A stretch of DNA of 64,000 bases from Fidelibacterota bacterium (GCA_024277615.1 JAJRUW010000054.1:2944-66943), one strand, 5' to 3'. Positions 29,338-38,596 are shown, numbered from the stretch's first letter. Notes: generated by a model not told the origin, from the sequence alone. Made by a program: numbers and translations.

Positions 29338-30794
29338 TATACGATCCTGAAATGATCCACCAGTACACAGCGACGTTCACGTGTAAAATCTCTCGGACCG
29401 GTCAATCCTTCGCCCGTGGGACTGGCAATCGTAAAGGAGCAATAACCCTCTCCACCGTAGCCGAGGCCGGCCACAGAGGGGCCGTTTTTCACGAAAATAC
29501 TGCAGTCCATCACCCGTGCCATGCGGCTTAGATTATCAAGATTTTTCGAGTGCATAATAGCCGTATGGCGGAAACCGTGTTCAGCCTCCTTTGCAATATC
29601 AATAGCCTGCTCGGCGTTGGGCATCCGCACCAGCGGGATTACCGGCAGCATCTGTTCGGTCCATACCAGCGGGTGACCCGCCTCAACGGGCGCAATTGCC
29701 AGCCGGATACTGTCATCGACTGGTTTGTGAATATTTTTAAGGATAGTCTGCACACTCCGGCCGATGAGGGCTTTGTTAATTACACCGTGTTTGCGCAGGC
29801 CGTTGGTTTGTGAGAAAATGACCTTCTCCAGCCGGGCGATCTCATGTGATTGCAGCACCACTGCATTGTGCCGCTGAAAGGCGGCAACGAGCCTGTCGGC
29901 AACAGACTCTACCACAAAGATCTCTTTTTCGAGGACGCAGATGATGTTATTGTCCAGTGAAGCGCCTTCCACAATGCAGCGGGCGGCATTTTCAATATCA
30001 GCGCTTTCGTCAACCACTACCGGGGGATTACCGGGGCCGGCACAGATGGCCCGCTTCCCGCTTTTCATGGCAGCTTTAACCACGCCGGCGCCACCCGTTA
30101 CCACCAGCAGGTTGATACCGGGATGGGCCATCAATTCCTGTGCACTCTCGATACTGGGTTTACGGACTGTGGTTACCAGGTTTTCCGGACCACCGGCTTC
30201 CTTAATTGCCTGATTGAGCAATTCAAGTGTGTAAAGGCTCACATTGCGGGCGGAAGGATGTACATTGAACACGACGGCATTTCCTGCGGACAGCATTCCG
30301 ATGGTGTTGCAGATAATGGTGGAAGTGGGATTAGTAACTGGTGTGACGGAGCCGATGACACCGAAAGGTGCAGCTTCCATCAGGGTGAGTCCGCGATCGC
30401 CCGTATCAGCTTCGGGAGTTAGGACTTCAGGCCCGGGTGTTTTTTCCGCGACCAGCCGGTTTTTCATGACTTTGTCTTCAACCCGGCCGAGTTCGGTCTC
30501 GACTTGGGCTCTGCTAGCCAGATCTTCGGCATATTCCAGCATTTTTTTACGGATTGCAGCAATGATCTCGTACCGGCTTTTCAGGGTCCGGGTCATAAAC
30601 ACCGACTGAGCTTTTCGGGCCGCCCGGACAGCAGTGTCGATGCTGCTGAAAATTCCATCACCGGCGAATTCATCAGCCGTTGAAGCGGGTACCCGGCTAA
30701 CAGTCGATGCCGGCCATTGAGCGTCAGGTCCAATGAGACCGACGACTTTTGCCGCAATGGATTCCACCTGTTCTGCAGTTAACTGTGACACCAT
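29337..30794 (-). CDS. CoA-acylating aldehyde dehydrogenase (EutE/PduP family) with an N-terminal encapsulation-peptide-like helix
   Basis: The DNNIICVLEKE catalytic Cys context and GPGNPP motif match EutE/PduP. ATG 30794 is preceded by GGGAGAG. Alternative TTG/ATG starts at 30866/30863 would add 24 non-conserved residues. Confidence 0.85.
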   Translation of the reverse strand: MVSQLTAEQVESIAAKVVGLIGPDAQWPASTVSRVPASTADEFAGDGIFSSIDTAVRAARKAQSVFMTRTLKSRYEIIAAIRKKMLEYAEDLASRAQVETELGRVEDKVMKNRLVAEKTPGPEVLTPEADTGDRGLTLMEAAPFGVIGSVTPVTNPTSTIICNTIGMLSAGNAVVFNVHPSARNVSLYTLELLNQAIKEAGGPENLVTTVRKPSIESAQELMAHPGINLLVVTGGAGVVKAAMKSGKRAICAGPGNPPVVVDESADIENAARCIVEGASLDNNIICVLEKEIFVVESVADRLVAAFQRHNAVVLQSHEIARLEKVIFSQTNGLRKHGVINKALIGRSVQTILKNIHKPVDDSIRLAIAPVEAGHPLVWTEQMLPVIPLVRMPNAEQAIDIAKEAEHGFRHTAIMHSKNLDNLSRMARVMDCSIFVKNGPSVAGLGYGGEGYCSFTIASPTGEGLTGPRDFTRERRCVLVDHFRIV

Positions 30795-30862
30795 ATCTCT
30801 CCCGTTAAAAATTAACATCCTCCGTGCACCGGCCGGTAACAGTCCCAACCTGTGCCCGGCCA

Positions 30863-31162
30863 TCAATCATCCGTACCTTTTTTATACTTCACCTCACCGG
30901 CGACTTCCCAGCTGTCCACAATGGCCATGACCACTGCATCGCAGGGCCGCTTGTCGGTTCTCACTGTCTGGCGTCCTGAGCTGCCGGTAGCGAAGAGTAC
31001 GATTTCACCCACACCGGCATCCACCGCGTCCACAGCCACGAGACTGCCTCCGGCGGGTGTCCCGTCCAAGTCAACTTTCTGCAGGATCAGGAATTTCAAA
31101 CCCTCAAGGCTTGCTTCCTTTTGTGTGGCGACCACAGTCCCCACTACTTTTGCGAGATTCAT
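30863..31162 (-). CDS. BMC-P pentameric vertex protein (EutN/CcmL family), copy 1
   Basis: 99 aa. [31 protein letters not shown]...[16 protein letters not shown] matches EutN/CcmL. Confidence 0.85.
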   Translation of the reverse strand: MNLAKVVGTVVATQKEASLEGLKFLILQKVDLDGTPAGGSLVAVDAVDAGVGEIVLFATGSSGRQTVRTDKRPCDAVVMAIVDSWEVAGEVKYKKGTDD

Positions 31163-31174
31163 TTTTCCTCCGGA

Positions 31175-31486
31175 CTACTTAGTACCCTTCATCTCAGCCT
31201 TACCCTGTGTGGTTCTGCCCAGGGGAAGAATTGCATCCACATTGGGATGGGGACGAGCAATAATATGTACTGCTACGATTTCGCCAACTCTGGCAGCACC
31301 GGCTTTACCGGCTTCACAGGCGGCTTTTACAGCGGCAACATCACCACGGATGCAAACCGTAACATAACCACCCCCTGTTTTTTCGTAAGATACCAATTCA
31401 ACTTTTGCGGCTTTCACCATTGCATCCGCAGCTTCAACCACTGCAGGATAACCTCTGGTCTCCAGCATTCCTAATGCTTCAGCCAT
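31175..31486 (-). CDS. BMC-H hexameric shell protein (PduA/EutM-like)
   Basis: 103 aa. [29 protein letters not shown]...[19 protein letters not shown] is a canonical Pfam00936 domain. A strong SD (TAAGGAGGTGACAAC) precedes the ATG. Confidence 0.9.
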   Translation of the reverse strand: MAEALGMLETRGYPAVVEAADAMVKAAKVELVSYEKTGGGYVTVCIRGDVAAVKAACEAGKAGAARVGEIVAVHIIARPHPNVDAILPLGRTTQGKAEMKGTK

Positions 31487-31564
31487 GTTGTCACCTCCTT
31501 ATTTTATTAAGTTCGCGTTTCAAGTTATGAAATCTGTTCATTTAGTTTGTAGGATACTCTTTTC

Positions 31565-32188
31565 TCAACTGTGATGTTCTTTGCCGGTCACCTCTTCGAT
31601 GGCCCGTACGGCAGCCCGCCAGCCCACATCGATATCCCGTTCTTTACCTCCGAGGTAGATCCGACCGAATGACCCGAAGGATCTGACTTCGAGAATATTG
31701 ATCTCCGCTGCTTTCTCCGCTTCGTTGGCGGCCAGTGCCGCATAGGCGGCCGGCTGAACCTCCATGACGAAGAGCGTCTCACCGGGAACGATCATATTGC
31801 CGTGGCGCATACGGTTGATGAGCTGAGTTTGATGATCATCGATACGTCGGATAACCTGTTTGGAGAAGATCTTCGGCTTCCAGCGGTCACCCTCGGTAAG
31901 TTCAAGGGCCGCTAAAATAGATTGCCCGGCCTGACGTACATCGGCCTGGGATTCGGAATGGATCTCAAGCATACCATACAAGCGTTCCACGATTTGCATC
32001 CCGGGTGTTACATTTGTCGATTTCAAGGCAATGTCCGTGATGCGGTTGATCTCAATTCCAGGCGATATCTCAATATATAATGAGGCCATCCCGGTAATGG
32101 GCAGAAAGCCCTTGGCCACCGTGCCCAGAAAAGCTGCATATTGGGGCTGCAGATTATCTAAAAATACATAAGCTCTCAGATCTACCAC
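31565..32188 (-). CDS. BMC-T tandem-domain shell protein, probably the permuted double-stacking (CsoS1D/CcmP-like) type
   Basis: 207 aa. [21 protein letters not shown]...[12 protein letters not shown]...QLINRMRHG...[15 protein letters not shown]...GRIYLGG resembles, from memory, the Haliangium BMC-T2/T3 class. The subtype assignment is inference. Confidence 0.7.
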   Translation of the reverse strand: MVDLRAYVFLDNLQPQYAAFLGTVAKGFLPITGMASLYIEISPGIEINRITDIALKSTNVTPGMQIVERLYGMLEIHSESQADVRQAGQSILAALELTEGDRWKPKIFSKQVIRRIDDHQTQLINRMRHGNMIVPGETLFVMEVQPAAYAALAANEAEKAAEINILEVRSFGSFGRIYLGGKERDIDVGWRAAVRAIEEVTGKEHHS

Positions 32189-32215
32189 TTCGTCTCCTTC
32201 ATAATTCGTTTTGAG

Positions 32216-33631
32216 TTAATTTGAAATTGTCACCGACCGGGATTCGTTCATGATCCTGATCCCGGCGCTGGCACCCAGCCGTGTGGCTCCTGCAGCTATC
32301 ATTTTGCGGGCATCGTCGTAGGATGAGATCCCGCCGGCGGCCTTCACGCCCATTCCTACCGGTTGCACAATTTTGCTCATAAGTTCTACATCTTCTACCG
32401 TTGCACCATGTGGACCGAAACCGGTGGAAGTTTTGACATAATTAGCCCTTGCCCTGACGGCCAGTTTGCAGGCTCGTACTTTCTCTTCGTCGGTCAGATA
32501 GGCCGTTTCAATGATAACTTTGGAGATTGCACTACCGTCACTGCAGGCTTCACTCACACCGCGTATATCCCGATAAACCAGATCGTCATCACCGCTTTTC
32601 AAAGCACCGATGTTGATCACCATGTCGATTTCTCCCGCACCTTCACGGATGGCCTGACGAGCTTCCAGAGCTTTGATCTCAGGCGCGTGTGCACCGGAGG
32701 GGAATCCCACAACCGTACAGACACTGACGGTTGTCCCCTCCAGTTCCCGGGCGGCGAGTCCGACATAACTGGGAGATACGCATACGGAAGCGAATTGAAA
32801 TTCCCGGGCTTCTTTGCAGATTCTGATGATATCGTCAGTTGTGGCTGTGGGTTTGAGATATGTGTGGTCGATACAGCGGGCGATGTCTTCCGGGACGCAA
32901 CCGCCGCCGGTGCCGTCGTGATATCCAAAGCGGTTGACGCCCATCTGCATAAAGTGACGCAGGGTAACCGGATCTTTTTCCAGATGTACACCGCAGCGGC
33001 ATACCATTTCCGAGTCACAGGAGGCTCCCGTACCGGCAGTCAAAGCGCCGCCTGTCATCAGTTCGCGGACTCTTGCGGCAATTCTGGTCATATCATCTTC
33101 TGTGATGGGCGGCACGTCTTCCTCCTTTTCAGGTTGTGTTGCGATTTTACCAGGCAGCTGTTTATCAGCGGCCCTATCCAGATCATCGATCATTTTTACA
33201 CGCCGCAAATGTCGCTCTTCCGTGCAGCTGACAGTGAGAAAAATATCAGCGATCTGTTTCGCCAGAGCCATTCCCGTGAGACCGGCTCCCAGGGTTAAAA
33301 GATTGGCATTATTATGTTCCCGGGCATTCCTGGCAGTGGATAAGTCGTAGCACAAGGCGGCCCTGACACCCATGATTTTATTGGCGGTCATAGCTGACCC
33401 GATTCCGGCGCCATCTACAACAATACCGAAATCGACTTCACCGGCAGAGACCTTCCCGGCCACAATGCGGGCAAATTCAGGATAATCTACAGGCCGGCTG
33501 CTAAAAGTGCCGCAATCTTTTACAAGATAGCCCTGGCCGGAGAGGTGGCTCAGCAGGGCTTCCTTCAGGGCAAAACCCCCGTGGTCTGCCCCCAGGGCAA
33601 TTGAAAGTTTTTGTTGCTGTGAAGCTGACAT
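32216..33631 (-). CDS. Fusion protein: RpiB/LacAB-family sugar-phosphate isomerase domain, linker helix, deoxyribose-phosphate aldolase (DeoC/DERA) domain
   Basis: The N-terminal half reads [11 protein letters not shown]...[13 protein letters not shown]...[13 protein letters not shown] (RpiB fold). The C-terminal half reads IDHTYLKP...VCV...IDMVINIG...YVKTSTGF...VKAAGGI, with the DERA Schiff-base Lys motifs intact. Confidence 0.85.
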   Translation of the reverse strand: MSASQQQKLSIALGADHGGFALKEALLSHLSGQGYLVKDCGTFSSRPVDYPEFARIVAGKVSAGEVDFGIVVDGAGIGSAMTANKIMGVRAALCYDLSTARNAREHNNANLLTLGAGLTGMALAKQIADIFLTVSCTEERHLRRVKMIDDLDRAADKQLPGKIATQPEKEEDVPPITEDDMTRIAARVRELMTGGALTAGTGASCDSEMVCRCGVHLEKDPVTLRHFMQMGVNRFGYHDGTGGGCVPEDIARCIDHTYLKPTATTDDIIRICKEAREFQFASVCVSPSYVGLAARELEGTTVSVCTVVGFPSGAHAPEIKALEARQAIREGAGEIDMVINIGALKSGDDDLVYRDIRGVSEACSDGSAISKVIIETAYLTDEEKVRACKLAVRARANYVKTSTGFGPHGATVEDVELMSKIVQPVGMGVKAAGGISSYDDARKMIAAGATRLGASAGIRIMNESRSVTISN

Positions 33632-33647
33632 ACTGTGTAACCCCTGA

Positions 33648-34610
33648 CTAACTCTGTTGCTCTAACAATTCCGTTGCGGTAAACTCATCAGTGATGAGTA
33701 CATTAAAATAGCTGCCATTGAGTGCTGCCCGGATGGGTGCCGTTTTTTGTGGTCCTCCTGCTACGGCTACAGACCAGGGTTTGTCTTTCAGCCCGGCTAA
33801 GCTGATACCGATTGTACGTTCATCAAGTTCCGGTGAGGAAATACTGCCGTCACCACTGATAATCCGGGAGCAGATATCGCCAACAGCACCTGCCTTAAGC
33901 AATTGTTCCACTTCGGGAGTTTCAAAATAATCCGCCTTAACCAGGGCGGATTGCTGGCCGAAGGAGCCAACCGTGAAGAGTGCGACTGTGGCCTGTTCGG
34001 CGAGTGCAAGTGTCCGGGCAATGTTTTTATCCGAAATGATGTTGTGTTTGAGCTCGGCCCGGTCCACCACCGCAGGCAGAGGCAGCAGATAGGGCACTGC
34101 TCCAAACCGATCACCCAGACGACGAACGATCTCACTGGCATGTGTGTCGTATTCCGCCCGGGAAATACCCCCATTGAGCTGCACTACGGCAACATCCCGC
34201 AGTTTCAGTCCGGGCATCGCAAGTGAAACGGCCTGCAGGGTGGTGCCCCAGGAGACCCCAAGGACTGTACCGTCACTTACAATTTGCTCTAAAAATTTTG
34301 CTGCTGCCCGGGCCAGCCTTGATTTGAGTTTCGCCTCTTCGCCGGTGTCGCTGGGGACGACGCTTACGGCTTTCAGGTGAAAACGATTTTGTAATTCATT
34401 TTCCAGAGCAGTACCCTGCCTGGCAGGATCGATAATCTCTATTTTGACAATTCCCTCTGAGCGGGCTTTGTGCAGAAGTCTGGAAACACCCGGTCTGGAA
34501 ACACCTAATTTTTCGGCAATTTGCTGCTGGCTGAATTGGTGCTCATAGTAAAGCCTGGCCACTTCGTAAAGCAGGCGGGAAACATCCTCCTTGTACAGGT
34601 TAGAGGGCAT
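33648..34610 (-). CDS. SorC/DeoR-type sugar-binding transcriptional regulator
   Basis: The HTH region ([38 protein letters not shown]) is followed by a SorC sugar-phosphate-binding domain. Start chosen at ATG 34610 (MPSNLYKED); the 389-aa track ORF has a non-homologous extension. Confidence 0.8.
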   Translation of the reverse strand: MPSNLYKEDVSRLLYEVARLYYEHQFSQQQIAEKLGVSRPGVSRLLHKARSEGIVKIEIIDPARQGTALENELQNRFHLKAVSVVPSDTGEEAKLKSRLARAAAKFLEQIVSDGTVLGVSWGTTLQAVSLAMPGLKLRDVAVVQLNGGISRAEYDTHASEIVRRLGDRFGAVPYLLPLPAVVDRAELKHNIISDKNIARTLALAEQATVALFTVGSFGQQSALVKADYFETPEVEQLLKAGAVGDICSRIISGDGSISSPELDERTIGISLAGLKDKPWSVAVAGGPQKTAPIRAALNGSYFNVLITDEFTATELLEQQS

Positions 34611-34618
34611 GATCAGTC

Positions 34619-34654
34619 TTGAACATTTGTTCATTTGTAAATAACATCTGTTCA
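34619..34654. promoter_or_regulatory. Candidate operator: inverted repeat TGAACA-tt-TGTTCA plus an ATCTGTTCA copy, recurring at 31528-31540 upstream of the BMC-H gene
   Basis: TGAACATTTGTTCA lies at 34620-34633 and ATCTGTTCA at 34646-34654. The identical 9-mer ATCTGTTCA, preceded by TGAA, lies at 31528-31540 in the only sizeable intergenic gap inside the operon. Confidence 0.25.
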
Positions 34655-35040
34655 AATCTATGAAAGCTTTGATAAACGATGCAAGGGAAAACTTCATTAC
34701 GCCGGTCTGGGCACATCCGTCCAAAATGTTTGAGCGGTACTTCATGGTAGTTTCAATCATCAAATTGACATCTGCTCTGGTAGAGCAATACTTTTGTAGA
34801 ATTGCATTGCATATCATTGATCAGCTCCCGAGGAGCGATATTTAAAGGTTGTAGTTTAGACCTAACTTAGGCAGGTTTGTACAGGCCGCGCAGCTGGCAG
34901 CCCTACAACTCAGGTGTGTTACGGAATCGAAGTTCAAACCAAACTTTCGGTCACAGTCGTCTTATCCCTGCGAATCCTGTTGAAAAATCGCCTTTTAGAA
35001 AGCTAAATTTTCCGTCTGAAATAAAGATGGATTTAACATA

Positions 35041-36045
35041 TTGAACACTGATCAAAACCAGCCAAGAGAGGTCCTCGTTGAGGTCAACGGTCTAAAAAAA
35101 TATTTCCCTATCCGCCGGGGATTTTTTTCCCGCATACAAGGTTACGTCAAAGCCGTGGATGATGTTTCATTCAAGTTATTCCGGGGTGAAACTCTGGGAC
35201 TCGTCGGCGAATCCGGCTGCGGGAAGACCACCACCGGACGTCTGATCCTCCAGTTGCTCCAATCGACAGCAGGCTCCGTTAAATTTGAGGGACGGGAGCT
35301 GGTCGGGCTTTCCAGCCGTGAACTGCGACCGCTCCGCAGGGGGATGCAGATTATCTTCCAGGACCCATACAGTTCTTTAAACCCCCGCATGACAGTCGAG
35401 AATATGCTGGCTGAAGCATTACGCGTACACCGGATAGTTCCAAAATCTGAAATCACTACCGAGATTTACCGGCTGCTGGATATTGTGGGTTTACCCCGGC
35501 TGCATGCCAAACGCTATCCCCATGAGTTTTCCGGCGGACAGCGCCAGCGTATCGGTATTGCCAGAGCACTTTCGGTGAGGCCCAAACTGATAATCCTGGA
35601 TGAGCCCGTGTCAGCACTGGATGTTTCCATCCAGGCCCAGATCATCAATCTGCTGAAAGAACTGCAGAAATCCTATGGATTGACCTATCTTTTCATCGCA
35701 CACGACCTATCGGTTGTAGAATATATTTCCGATCGGGTCGCGGTGATGTATCTCGGTAAAATCACTGAAATCGCAGATGCGGCAGAGCTCTATCATACTA
35801 CTCAGCACCCCTATTCAAATGCACTGCTGTCGGCTGTTCCCATTGCGGATCCGGACAACAAATCCCGACGCATTATCCTCACTGGAGATGTGCCCAGCCC
35901 GGCGAATCCGCCCTCAGGCTGTACTTTTCATCCGCGCTGCCCTCTGGCCAATGCCAACGGAGGCTTTATTGAGCAATGCCGTCTGGAACAGCCCGGACTC
36001 GTTGAAAAATCTGAAAATCACTTTACTGCCTGTCATCAGGTCTGA
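35041..36045 (+). CDS. Oligopeptide/dipeptide ABC transporter ATP-binding protein (OppF/DppF-like), with no permease genes adjacent
   Basis: Walker [10 protein letters not shown], signature FSGGQRQR, Walker B LIILDEP, and the Opp-type C-terminal extension ([12 protein letters not shown]...[11 protein letters not shown]). TTG start. Confidence 0.8.
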   Translation: MNTDQNQPREVLVEVNGLKKYFPIRRGFFSRIQGYVKAVDDVSFKLFRGETLGLVGESGCGKTTTGRLILQLLQSTAGSVKFEGRELVGLSSRELRPLRRGMQIIFQDPYSSLNPRMTVENMLAEALRVHRIVPKSEITTEIYRLLDIVGLPRLHAKRYPHEFSGGQRQRIGIARALSVRPKLIILDEPVSALDVSIQAQIINLLKELQKSYGLTYLFIAHDLSVVEYISDRVAVMYLGKITEIADAAELYHTTQHPYSNALLSAVPIADPDNKSRRIILTGDVPSPANPPSGCTFHPRCPLANANGGFIEQCRLEQPGLVEKSENHFTACHQV

Positions 36046-37344
36046 ATGAAAAAGAACCTAAAAAAAATAGCTTTCCATACCCTTGGGTGCAAATTGAATT
36101 ATGCCGAGACCTCGACGATCGCCAGAGATTTTACGCGGAACGACTATGAGATTGTGAACTTTTCGGATCCGGCTGATGTCTATGTGCTCAACACCTGCAC
36201 GGTTACGGGTAATGCCGAACGCAAATGCCGTAAACTCATCCGGCAGCTTCGGAAACGCGCACCCCGTGCTTATGTCGCTGTAGTAGGCTGTTATGCCCAA
36301 TTGCGGGCAGAGCAGATCGCCGCTGTCCCCGGTGTGGATCTGGTGCTGGGCTCAGCTGAAAAATTTGATCTACTTCATCATTTGGGGGAACATCCTAAAA
36401 ACGGCACACCGGTAGTTCTCACAAGTCACAGGCAGGATCAGCTTGACTACCATGCTTCCTGGTCCGCCGGGACGCGTACGCGCTCTTTCCTGAAAATTCA
36501 GGATGGCTGCGACTACAATTGCTCCTACTGTACCATCCCCATGGCCCGTGGTCAAAGCCGGAACGGCAGCATCGGGGAAGTGCTTACCGCCGCACAGGCT
36601 ATTATAAGCCGGGGCATAAATGAGATTGTCCTGACAGGCGTGAATATTGGAGATTTCGGGAAAAGTACAGGCGAATCCTTTACGGCTCTGTTGCGGGCTA
36701 TGAAGGACGTTAAAGGACTGAATCGCCTGCGTATATCTTCCATTGAGCCCAATCTCCTGACCGATGAGATTCTCGAATTGATGGCCTCATCGCCTGTATT
36801 CTGTCCCCATTTTCACCTTCCGCTGCAGTCCGGTTCCGACAGAGTTCTGGGGCTCATGAAACGGCGTTACACCAGAGAAGATTATGCCCGGCGTGTAAAC
36901 CGGATTCGCCAGCTGCTGCCGAACGCCTTCGTCGCCGGGGATGTGATAGTCGGGTTCCCCGGTGAAACGGCGGAAGATTTTCATCAAACCGTGGAGTTCA
37001 TCCGGGAACTTGAGATCTCAGCACTGCATGTATTCACCTATTCGGAGCGCCCCGATACGGTCGCATTGCAACTGACCGGCGCTGTGAATCCGGCGGAACG
37101 GGAGCGGCGCAGCCGTGAATTGCACGACCTGTCAAAGCTGAAAATACAAGTTTTTTACAGCCGGGCTGTGGGTCAGACAAGAACTGTGCTTTTTGAGACC
37201 TGTAATGCCGGAAGGCTCACCGGTTTTACTGATAATTACATAAAGGTGACGGTTCCCGGCACCGGGGATCTGTGCAATACTCTTGCTGAAGTAAAACTGA
37301 CCGGGAGAGCCGACGATGTTCTGAATGGAGAAATTGTGCAATGA
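36046..37344 (+). CDS. mtaB: tRNA t6A37 methylthiotransferase MtaB (radical SAM)
   Basis: MTTase N-domain cysteines, the radical SAM motif CDYNCSYC and a C-terminal TRAM domain. Confidence 0.8.
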   Translation: MKKNLKKIAFHTLGCKLNYAETSTIARDFTRNDYEIVNFSDPADVYVLNTCTVTGNAERKCRKLIRQLRKRAPRAYVAVVGCYAQLRAEQIAAVPGVDLVLGSAEKFDLLHHLGEHPKNGTPVVLTSHRQDQLDYHASWSAGTRTRSFLKIQDGCDYNCSYCTIPMARGQSRNGSIGEVLTAAQAIISRGINEIVLTGVNIGDFGKSTGESFTALLRAMKDVKGLNRLRISSIEPNLLTDEILELMASSPVFCPHFHLPLQSGSDRVLGLMKRRYTREDYARRVNRIRQLLPNAFVAGDVIVGFPGETAEDFHQTVEFIRELEISALHVFTYSERPDTVALQLTGAVNPAERERRSRELHDLSKLKIQVFYSRAVGQTRTVLFETCNAGRLTGFTDNYIKVTVPGTGDLCNTLAEVKLTGRADDVLNGEIVQ

Positions 37345-37958
37345 TCTCCGCACCCTTCATCGGGATTGCAGGTAATATCGGCGTGGGAAAGACCACTTTC
37401 ACAAAAACACTTGCCGGACATTACGGCTGGAAAACCTTTTTTGAATCTGTTGTGGATAATCCGTATCTGGGTGATTTTTATGCGGACATGAGCCGCTGGA
37501 GTTTCAACCTCCAGATTTACTTTTTGCAGCACCGCTTCCGGACTCACATGGACATGGCCAATACCGAGGGCGGCGTGATCCAGGACAGAACCATTTACGA
37601 AGATGTGGAGATCTTCGCGCGCAACCTGAGTGATATGCACCTCATGTCAAAACGGGATTGGTCCACATACCGCAATTTATTCATGAACATGACCTCCTTT
37701 CTGCGCAAACCCGACTTGATCATCTATCTGCGGGCTAATATTGATACTTTGATCATACGCATCAAAAAACGCAGCCGTGATTTTGAAAAAGGGATTGATC
37801 CGGAATATCTTTATCGCCTGAGTATTCTGTATGAGCAGTGGATGAAGAGGTTGGATGATATCCCCGTACTCAAGGTAGAAACGGATGATTTTGATATTTT
37901 CAAAGATGAAACCAAACTGCGGGATATTTATCGCCAAATTGAAGAAAAACTATCCTGA
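37341..37958 (+). CDS. Deoxynucleoside kinase
   Basis: P-loop IAGNIGVGKTT, ERS-like QDRTIYED and the dNK family layout. 205 aa. Confidence 0.8.
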   Translation: MISAPFIGIAGNIGVGKTTFTKTLAGHYGWKTFFESVVDNPYLGDFYADMSRWSFNLQIYFLQHRFRTHMDMANTEGGVIQDRTIYEDVEIFARNLSDMHLMSKRDWSTYRNLFMNMTSFLRKPDLIIYLRANIDTLIIRIKKRSRDFEKGIDPEYLYRLSILYEQWMKRLDDIPVLKVETDDFDIFKDETKLRDIYRQIEEKLS

Positions 37959-38593
37959 TGACAAGCATATCCCGGAAAAATATCGCTGTTTTTGCCTCGG
38001 GTAATGGTTCTAATTTCAGGGCGATTCACCGGGCTGTTACCGAGGAGGCTATTCCAGGAAGAATTGGTCTGCTGGTGAGCAATAAACCGGATTGCGGCGC
38101 CGTAACTTATGCAGTCAACAACCGGATCAGAACAGAGATCATAAATTTCAGAGATTATCCTGACAAACACTCACTGGGACGGCACCTCATGAGTATTTTA
38201 ACAGCCCTGCCGGCAGATCTGGTTGTGTTGGCCGGTTTTATGAAAATGATACCGGACTCGGTAGTACAGGCCTACAAACACCGGATACTGAATATTCATC
38301 CGGCTCTGCTGCCCCGGTTTGGCGGAAAGGGGTTTTACGGCATACGTGTACACCAGGCCGTAATTGCTTCAGGTGCTAAACTGTCAGGCGCCACTGTGCA
38401 CTTTGTCGATGAGATTTACGATCACGGGCCTATTCTGGCACAGGCGGCGGTTCCCGTGCTGGCTGAGGATACGGCAGAGACCCTGGCCCAAAGGGTTCTC
38501 GGAGTAGAACACAGCTTGTATCCTCATGCTGTAAAAGCCTTCTGTGAGGAGCGGATATTCTGGAAAAATAATATACCTTTTATCAGGAACTGA
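37958..38593 (+). CDS. purN: Phosphoribosylglycinamide formyltransferase
   Basis: ASGNGSNF, LAGFMK, NIHPALLP and GATVHFV motifs. Confidence 0.9.
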   Translation: MTSISRKNIAVFASGNGSNFRAIHRAVTEEAIPGRIGLLVSNKPDCGAVTYAVNNRIRTEIINFRDYPDKHSLGRHLMSILTALPADLVVLAGFMKMIPDSVVQAYKHRILNIHPALLPRFGGKGFYGIRVHQAVIASGAKLSGATVHFVDEIYDHGPILAQAAVPVLAEDTAETLAQRVLGVEHSLYPHAVKAFCEERIFWKNNIPFIRN

Positions 38594-38596
38594 TCA

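Noticed and set aside
32363-33298. A 311-aa ORF on the plus strand, antisense to the RpiB-DERA gene. Similar long antisense ORFs occur at 30852-31367, 29941-30609, 21833-22399, 40173-40745 and 1004-1441.
   Set aside because: They lie entirely inside strongly supported genes on the opposite strand. Their composition is low-complexity and rich in Arg, Ser, Gly and Cys, and they have no recognisable motifs. These are typical shadow ORFs.
34846-34911. Stem GTTGTAG...CTACAAC enclosing about 48 nt in the sorC/oppF divergent intergenic region, considered as a tRNA or riboswitch.
   Set aside because: It is too short and lacks tRNA cloverleaf features such as T-loop GTTC and D-loop GG spacing. I recognised no known riboswitch core. 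It may be promoter-region secondary structure, which cannot be judged without covariance analysis.
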